Positions 55,101 through 64,000 of a DNA stretch of 64,000 nt are shown piece by piece. The notes under the pieces were generated by a model. The model was not told where the DNA came from. It searched no databases and saw only the letters and a program-made list of their open reading frames with translations. This DNA is from Eledone cirrhosa (taxonomy: Eukaryota). The first letter of the stretch is position 1; the number at the start of each line of letters is the position of its first letter. The DNA lies in NCBI GenBank assembly GCA_964016885.1, contig OZ024762.1:1364001-1428000 (forward strand), in the 5' to 3' direction. Both the position numbers and the translations under genes were made by a program.

Positions 55101-58100
55101 GTGAGGTAAAGCCTATACTGTGAAAATACAATAGTATATATAGAGTAATGTAAATGTTGTGTGAGATATTATGTGAGGTAAAGACTTAACTGTGAAAATA
55201 CAATAGTATATATAGAGTAATGTAAATATTATGTGAGATATTATGTGAGGTAAAGCCTATACTGTGAAAATACAATAGTATATATAGAGTAATGTAAATG
55301 TTGTGTGAGATATTATGTGAGGTAAAGACTTTACTGTGAAAATACAATAGTATATATAGAGTAATGTAAATATTATGTGAGATATTATGTGAGGTAAAGC
55401 CTTTACTGTGAAAATACAATAGTATATATAGAGTAATGTAAATGTTGTGTGAGATATTATGTGAGGTAAAGACTTTACTGTGAAAATACAATAGTATATA
55501 TAGAGTAATGTAAATATTATGTGAGATATTATGTGAGGTAAAGCCTTTACTGTGAAAATACAATAGTATATATGGAGTAATGTAAATGTTGTGTGAGATA
55601 TTATGTGAGGTAAAGACTTTACTGTGAAAATACAATAGTATATATAGAGTAATGTAAATGTTATGTGAGATATTATGTGAGGTAAAGACTTTACTGTGAA
55701 AATACAATAGTATATATAGAGTAATGTAAATGTTGTGTGAGATATTATGTGAGGTAAAGACTTTACTGTGAAAATACAATAGTATATATATAGAGTAATG
55801 TAAATGTTATGTGAGATATTATGTGAGGTAAAGACTTTACTGTGAAAATACAATAGTATATATAGAGTAATGTAAATGTTATGTGAGATATTATGTGAGG
55901 TAAAGCCTTTACTGTGAAAATACAATAGTATATATAGAGTAATGTAAATGTTATGTGAGATATTATGTGAGGTAAAGCCTTTACTGTGAAAATACAATAG
56001 TATATATAGAGTAATGTAAATGTTGTGTGAGATATTATGTAAGGTAAAGTCTTTACTGTGAAAATACAATAGTATATATAGAGTAATGTAAATGTTATGT
56101 GAGATATTATGTGAGGTAAAGTCTTTACTGTGATAATACAATAATATATATAGAGTAATGTAAATGTTATGTGAGATATTATGTGAGGTAAAGACTTTAC
56201 TGTAAAAATACAATAGTATATATAGAGTAATGTAAATGTTATGTGAGATAAAGTCTTTACTGTGAAAATACAATAGTATATGTAGAGTAATGTAAATGTT
56301 GTGTGAGATATTATGTGAGGTAAAGCCTTTACTGTGAAAATACAATAGTATATATAGAGTAATGTAAATGTTATGTGAGATATGTGAGGTAAAGCCTTTA
56401 CTGTGAAAATACAATAGTATATATAGAGTAATGTAAATGTTATGTGAGATATTATGTGAGGTAAAGCCTTTACTGTGAAAATACAATAGTATATATAGAG
56501 TAATGTAAATGTTATGTGAGATATGTGAGGTAAAGCCTTTACTGTGAAAATACAATAGTATATATAGAGTAATGTAAATGTTGTGTGAGATATTATGTGA
56601 GGTAAAGCCTTTACTGTGACAATACAATAGTATATATAGAATAATGTAAATGTTATGTGAGGTAAAGCCTTTACTGTGAAAATACAATAGTATATATAGA
56701 GTAATGTAAATGTTATGTGAGATATTATGTGAGATAAAGCCTTTACTGTGAAAATACAATAGTATATATAGAGTAATGTAAATGTTATGTGAGATATTAT
56801 GTGAGATAAAGCCTTTACTGTGAAAATACAATAGTATATATAGAGTAATGTAAATGTTATGTGAGATATTATGTGAGATAAAGCCTTTACTGTGAAAATA
56901 CAATAGTATATATAGAGTAATGTAAATGTTATGTGAGATATTATGTGAGATAAAGCCTTTACTGTGAAAATACAATAGTATATATAGAGTAATGTAAATG
57001 TTATGTGAGGTAAAGTCTTTACTGTGAAAATACAATAGTATATATAGAGTAATGTAAATGTTATGTGAGATATTATGTGAGGTAAAGCCTTTACTGTGAA
57101 AATACAATAGTATATATAGAGTAATGTAAATGTTATGTGAGATATTATGTGAGGTAAAGTCTTTACTGTGAAAATACAATAGTATATATAGAGTAATGTA
57201 AATGTTATGTGAGATATTATGTGAGGTAAAGTCTTTACTGTGAAAATACAATAGTATATATAGAGTAATGTAAATGTTATGTGAGATATTATGTGAGGTA
57301 AAGTCTTTACTGTGAAAATACAATAATATATATAGAGTAATGTAAATGTTATGTGAGATATTATGTGAGGTAAAGCCTTTACTGTGAAAATACAATAGTA
57401 TATATAGAGTAATGTAAATGTTATGTGAGATAAAGACTTTACTGTGAAAATACAATAGTATATATAGAGTAATGTAAATGTTATGTGAGATATTATGTGA
57501 GGTAAAGTCTTTACTGTGAAAATACAATAGTATATATAGAGTAATGTAAATGTTATGTGAGATATTAGGTGAGGTAAAGCCTTTACTGTGAAAATACAAT
57601 AGTATATATAGAGTAATGTAAATGTTATGTGAGATATTATGTGAGGTAAAGCCTTTACTGTGAAAATACAATAGTATATATAGAGTAATGTAAATGTTAT
57701 GTGAGATATTATGTGAGGTAAAGCCTTTACTGTGAAAATACAATAGTATATATAGAGTAATGTAAATGTTATGTGAGATATTATGTGAGGTAAAGCCTTT
57801 ACTGTGAAAATACAATAGTATATATAGAGTAATGTAAATGTTGTGTGAGATATTATGTAAGGTAAAGTCTTTACTGTGAAAATACAATAGTATATATAGA
57901 GTAATGTAAATGTTATGTGAGATATTATGTGAGGTAAAGTCTTTACTGTGAAAATACAATAGTATATATAGAGTAATGTAAATGTTATGTGAGATAAAGT
58001 CTTTACTGTGAAAATACAATAGTATATATAGAGTAATGTAAATGTTATGTGAGATATTATGTGAGGTAAAGTCTTTACTGTGAAAATACAATAGTATATA

Positions 58101-61071
58101 TAGAGTAATGTAAATGTTATGTGAGATAAAGACTTTACTGTGAAAATACAATAGTATATATAGAGTAATGTAAATGTTATGTGAGATATTATGTGAGGTA
58201 AAGTCTTTACTGTGAAAATACAATAGTATATATAGAGTAATGTAAATGTTATGTGAGATAAAGTCTTTACTGTGAAAATACAATAGTATATATAGAGTAA
58301 TGTAAATGTTGTGTGAGATAAAGTCTTTACTGTGAAAATACAATAGTATATATAGAGTAATGTAAATGTTATGTGAGATAAAGTCTTTACTGTGAAAATA
58401 CAATAGTATATATAGAGTAATGTAAATGTTATGTGAGATAAAGTCTTTACTGTGAAAATACAATAGTATATATAGAGTAATGTAAATGTTATGTGAGATA
58501 AAGTCTTTACTGTGAAAATACAATAGTATATATAGAGTAATGTAAATGTTATGTGAGATAAAGTCTTTACTGTGAAAATACAATAGTATATATAGAGTAA
58601 TGTAAATGTTATGTGAGATAAAGTCTTTACTGTGAAAATACAATAGTATATATAGAGTAATGTAAATGTTATGTGAGATATTATGTGAGGTAAAGTCTTT
58701 ACTGTGAAAATACAATAGTATATATAGAGTAATGTAAATGTTATGTGAGATAAAGTCTTTACTGTGAAAATACAATAGTATATATAGAGTAATGTAAATG
58801 TTATGTGAGATAAAGTCTTTACTGTGAAAATACAATAGTATATATAGAGTAATGTAAATGTTATGTGAGATATTATGTGAGGTAAAGTCTTTACTGTGAA
58901 AATACAATAGTATATATAGAGTAATGTAAATGTTATGTGAGATAAAGTCTTTACTGTGAAAATACAATAGTATATATAGAGTAATGTAAATGTTATGTGA
59001 GATAAAGTCTTTACTGTGAAAATACAATAGTATATATAGAGTAATGTAAATGTTATGTGAGATATTATGTGAGGTAAAGTCTTTACTGTGAAAATACAAT
59101 AGTATATATAGAGTAATGTAAATGTTATGTGAGATAAAGTCTTTACTGTGAAAATACAATAGTATATATAGAGTAATGTAAATGTTATGTGAGATAAAGT
59201 CTTTACTGTGAAAATACAATAGTATATATAGAGTAATGTAAATGTTATGTGAGATATTATGTGAGGTAAAGTCTTTACTGTGAAAATACAATAGTATATA
59301 TAGAGTAATGTAAATGTTATGTGAGATAAAGTCTTTACTGTGAAAATACAATAGTATATATAGAGTAATGTAAATGTTATGTGAGATAAAGTCTTTACTG
59401 TGAAAATACAATAGTATATATAGAGTAATGTAAATGTTATGTGAGATAAAGTCTTTACTGTGAAAATACAATAGTATATATAGAGTAATGTAAATGTTAT
59501 GTGAGATATTATGTGAGGTAAAGTCTTTACTGTGAAAATACAATAGTATATATAGAGTAATGTAAATGTTATGTGAGATAAAGTCTTTACTGTGAAAATA
59601 CAATAGTATATATAGAGTAATGTAAATGTTATGTGAGATATTATGTGAGGTAAAGTCTTTACTGTGAAAATACAATAGTATATATAGAGTAATGTAAATG
59701 TTATGTGAGGTAAAGACTTTACTGTGAAAATACAATAGTATATATAGAGTTATGGGTTAAGGAATCTTTCACACAATCCTTGAAACTCAGCTTTGGTTTG
59801 TGTTATGGCCTCGCTTCTGGTATTAACTTGGTTTTGGACGCTGGTTCCGTCAGATCTAACACCATAGCCTACACATCAGTGATACGGTTATATTTCCTTC
59901 CGTTGTATTGCTGTAATGTTTTCTTATTCTGAGAATGGTGGTGGTGATGATGATGATGATAGTGACGGTAATGGTAGTGGTTGTGGTGGTGATGATGGAG
60001 GTGACAGTGATGATAGCGGTGGTGATATGATGATGATTAAAGTTCTTCTCTATTCCACTCTTACAGACAGCAAGATATTAAGTAACTTCAAAGCTGAACA
60101 TTTAGATGCAACTCGTGTTGAAGACATTGTCAGGAAACATTTTGAACATGCGGAACCGGTTAGTTTTATTTTATTTTACATTCTATCTATCTCTTTCTCA
60201 TCTCCCACTCCCTCTCTCTCTCTCCCACACACTCTCTCTCTCTCTCTCTCTCCCACACTCTCACTTTCTCTCTCTCTGTATATATACATATATTGTATAT
60301 TATATTAGTTCCTTAAGTATGAAATGTCCAATTTCCAATGCACTCTTATGACCTGATATATATATATATATATATATAGGAAAAAGTATGACCCCGACGG
60401 CAGGGCTCAAGCCGTTTTGATGGCTATTTCTGGACTGAGTCCAGAAATAGCTGTCGAAACGGCTTGAGCTCTGCCTTTGGGGTCATACTTTTTCCTATTT
60501 CCCACTCTAATACCCTAAGTATTGAGTACTCTGGTGCGTTATGGTCCATCTGGTTGCTTACCACACCTTTGTTATATATATAACAATGCTAGCATGGAAG
60601 AACGGACGTAAAACGGTGATGATATATATATATATTTATTAAAATAACAGATTAAAGAATCGCTGCTTTCACCCTCAGTTTCAGAAGGTCCCGTTAAGGG
60701 TGAAAGCAGCGATTCTTTGATTAAACTTTAATCTGTTATTTTAATAAATATTTCCTTACGGTTCTTATATATTTGATATATATTTATCCTTATCGAGGAT
60801 TTTAGTCTTCAAATTTATTATTATTACTATGGCATCCAGCCGTAGAAAACCTGCCAGATAGTCCTATACGAGCGAGACACGGTCACCCGACCAACCTTGC
60901 GTCAAGTGGGACAACTCCCGTCTAACACATGCTAGCGTGGAAAGTGGACGTTAAACGAGGATGATGATATATATATATCCTGAGTTAACTCGGAGGTAAC
61001 TGCATTGAATAAGGTACTCAACATGAATGTAACAGTTCTAGTCTTGTAGAAGCCACTTCTATATTAAATAT

Positions 61072-61132
<61 letters not shown>

Positions 61133-63799
61133 CATATATATACATATACAGATACAGTAGCGATCAAAATTAAAGAACAATAAAGTAACATTTCGTTATT
61201 TTTCTTATTTGAGAAAATTTAAAATTTAAAGAATATTCGGAGAATATCTGTCTTCTGCTGAAATATTTTAATATTCAAGAATATGTTTACAATGTTTATT
61301 TCATTAGAAAAAGAAACTTCAGATCTTGACAGAGAAAGGCCTGGGAAACGCTGTAAATATATTTGTTGAAAAGGAGGAGAAAGAAGCAATAATTAAACTG
61401 GTGAATCATCAGTTGACAGAAACACAGGTAATTAAATCTCATTAATTCTACAGAGTTCTCTTTACAGAGTGTACTGGGTGCGTTTATCATGAAGTCCACC
61501 AACACTAGGGACGTCATCACACCTCGACCCTATTTTGACAAGGTTTCACCATACAGGGTGTACTGGGTGTAGCTGCAATGGTGAAGTTATCTCGCCGTTG
61601 ACACAAGCAAAGAGCCCTCATTGGTCTGTAGTGTTGTGGGTGTTGTTAGTAGAAGGGGACTGGGGTGAAGTGTAGTGGGTGTTAGTAGAAGGGGACTGGG
61701 GTGAAGTGTAGTGGGTGTTGTTAGTAGAAGGGGACTGGGGTGAAGTGTTGTGGGTGTTGTTAGTAGAAGGGGACTGGGGTGAAGTGTAGTGGGTGTTGTT
61801 AGTAGAAGGGGACTGGGGTGAAGTGTTGTGGGTGTTGTTAGTAGAAGGGGACTGGGGTGAAGTGTAGTGGGTGTTGTTAGTAGAAGGGGACTGGGGTGAA
61901 GTGTTGTGGGTGTTGTTAGTAGAAGGGGACTGGGGTGTAGTGTTGTGGGTGTTGTTAGTAGAAGGGGACTGGGGTGAAGTGTTGTGGGTGTTAGTAGAAG
62001 GGGACTGGGGTGAAGTGTTGTGGGTGTTAGTAGAAGGGGACTGGGGTGAAGTGTTGTGGGTGTTGTTAGTAGAAGGGGACTGGGGTGAAGTGTAGTGGGT
62101 GTTGTTAGTAGAAGGGGACTGGGGTGAAGTGTAGTGGGTGTTGTTAGTAGAAGGGGACTGGGGTGAAGTGTTGTGGGTGTTGTTAGTAGAAGGGGACTGG
62201 GGTGAAGTGTTGTGGGTGTTGTTAGTAGAAGGGGACTGGGGTGAAGTGTAGTGGGTGTTGTTAGTAGAAGGGGACTGGGGTGAAGTGTTGTGGGTGTTGT
62301 TAGTAGAAGGGGACTGGGGTGTAGTGTTGTGGGTGTTGTTAGTAGAAGGGGACTGGGGTGAAGTGTTGTGGGTGTTAGTAGAAGGGGACTGGGGTGAAGT
62401 GTTGTGGGTGTTAGTAGAAGGGGACTGGGGTGAAGTGTAGTGGGTGTTGTTAGTAGAAGGGGACTGGGGTGAAGTGTTGTGGGTGTTGTTAGTAGAAGGG
62501 GACTGGGGTGAAGTGTAGTGGGTGTTGTTAGTAGAAGGGGACTGGGGTGAAGTGTTGTGGGTGTTGTTAGTAGAAGGGGACTGGGGTGTAGTGTTGTGGG
62601 TGTTGTTAGTAGAAGGGGACTGGGGTGAAGTGTTGTGGGTGTTAGTAGAAGGGGACTGGGGTGAAGTGTTGTGGGTGTTAGTAGAAGGGGACTGGGGTGA
62701 AGTGTTGTGGGTGTTAGTAGAAAGGGACTGGGGTGAAGTGTTGTGGGTGTTAGTAGAAGGGGACTGGGGTGAAGTGTTGTGGGTGTTGTTAGTAGAAGGG
62801 GACTGGGGTGAAGTGTTGTGGGTGTTGTTAGAAGGGGACTGGGGTGAAGTGTTGTGGGTGTTAGTAGAAGGGGACTGGGGTGAAGTGTAGTGGGTGTTAG
62901 TAGAAGGGGACTGGGGTGAAGTGTTGTGGGTGTTGTTAGAAGGGGACTGGGGTGAAGTGTTGTGGGTGTTAGTAGAAGGGGACTGGGGTGAAGTGTAGTG
63001 GGTGTTAGTAGAAGGGGACTGGGGTGAAGTGTTGTGGGTGTTGTTAGTAGAAGGGGACTGGGGTGAAGTGTTTTGGGTGTTAGTAGAAGGGGACTGGGGT
63101 GAAGTGTTGTGGGTGTTGTTAGTAGAAGGGGACTGGGGTGAAGTGTTGTGGGTGTTGTTAGAAGGGGACTGGGGTGTAGTGTTGTGGGTGTTGTTAGTAG
63201 AAGGGGACTGGGGTGAAGTGTTGTGGGTGTCGTTAGAAGGGGACTGGGGTGAAGTGTTGTGGGTGTTGTTAGTAGAAGGGGACTGGGGTGAAAGAGGGGT
63301 GTAAAACAAACATAACTAAACAATTGTCTAAATAAATAAATATGCTGTTTCTGCAGAAATACCTACAGAAAAAGCAACCAATACCCGAGGAAGATATTTA
63401 CGAAATTGTACAACAATTTAAAGAGTCACGTTGTAAGGAAGGCAATGATGATGATGACTTGATTGAAGCAATGAAAATGTCGGAGTTCAGACCAATGTCT
63501 CTCAACTCAGCCACGTCTTCCAATGTCCAGCGTGGTAAAGATGGCAATGACAGCTCTAGCAGCAGTGAGTCCATATCTGTTGACGATTCTGATGACTTAG
63601 AGGCAGCAACTAGTAAGTCAAAACGTGGTCGTGGTCGAGGAAGAGGTGCAAAAGAAGCGGCCACTTCACGAGGGCGAAGTCGTGGACGAGGTTCTCGAGG
63701 CTCAAGATCTAAGGCTCCGGTGGCCAGTGGCAACAGATTAACCTCAGATATATCCTCTTACTACTCTCAGAGATCGAAACGGAAACTCTCAGAATCGGA
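52200..63799 (+). CDS. MRE11: Double-strand break repair nuclease MRE11, 3'-partial; exons join(52200..53238,53846..53942,54414..54517,60067..60158,61308..61427,63357..63799), continues beyond the window
   Basis: Phosphoesterase motifs [38 protein letters not shown]; QPGSS; [14 protein letters not shown]; [13 protein letters not shown]; GAR motif RGRGRGRG in the last visible exon. GT-AG junctions are in phase; donor GTAAGT at 63800. Confidence 0.97.
54565..59756 (-). repeat. ~5-kb satellite of 72-bp and 60-bp variant units derived from the TTAA MITE, MRE11 intron
   Basis: About 70 units; ends ggg|TTAA at 59756; produces the spurious 1492-aa ORF. Confidence 0.92.
61628..63292. repeat. G-rich 36/39-bp minisatellite (gttgttagtagaaggggactggggtgaagtgttgtgggt)
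   Basis: About 44 units in an MRE11 intron; source of the spurious 563- and 578-aa ORFs. Confidence 0.92.
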
Positions 63800-64000
63800 G
63801 TAAGTATCCAGTTTTACCATTTCAGTAAATCTTGCATAGGTTTAGCCCAGATAATTAGTGGAGTTGTTACCCTAGATAATTAGTGGAGTCGTTAGTGTTA
63901 GTCCAGATAATTAGTGAAGTCGTTAGCCCAGATAATTGGTGGAGTCGTTAGTGTTAGTCCAGATAATTAGTGAAGTCGTTAGCCCACATAATTGGTGGAG

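Noticed and set aside
55257-59735. 1492-aa ORF (also 566 aa at 32915 and similar shorter ones)
   Set aside because: Translation of the 72/60-bp satellite; unit lengths are multiples of 3 and lack stops in one frame. Intronic, with no protein-like features.
61587-63323. 578/563-aa mucin-like Thr/Pro/Ser ORFs on the minus strand
   Set aside because: Open in two frames because of a C-rich minisatellite; lies antisense within an MRE11 intron.

Overview
AT-rich, repeat-dense, intron-containing animal DNA. The SINE, LINE and microsatellite content suggests an octopod cephalopod (inference). Three spliced + strand genes were reconstructed by hand with GT-AG junctions and consistent phases: the 3' part of EIF2B4 (eIF2B delta, 1-6264), a complete 14-coding-exon TTC39C (14162-40325) and the 5' part of MRE11 (52200 to beyond the window). 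Almost all other ORF-track entries are microsatellite or minisatellite artefacts. Main observations: (1) a family of Penelope-type minimal type-I hammerhead ribozymes in TTC39C introns, with compensatory changes between copies; one copy sits in a 191-bp-arm foldback carrying the motif on both strands; (2) a TTAA/CCC piggyBac-like MITE whose internal 72-bp unit ranges from 1 copy to a ~5-kb satellite with higher-order structure; (3) a 61-bp x ~52 array built from a CR1-like LINE 3' end; (4) a ~160-bp-arm inverted repeat carrying histone-mRNA-like stem-loops; (5) the MRE11 nuclease domain encoded in one 1-kb exon; (6) several smaller foldbacks and MITEs.
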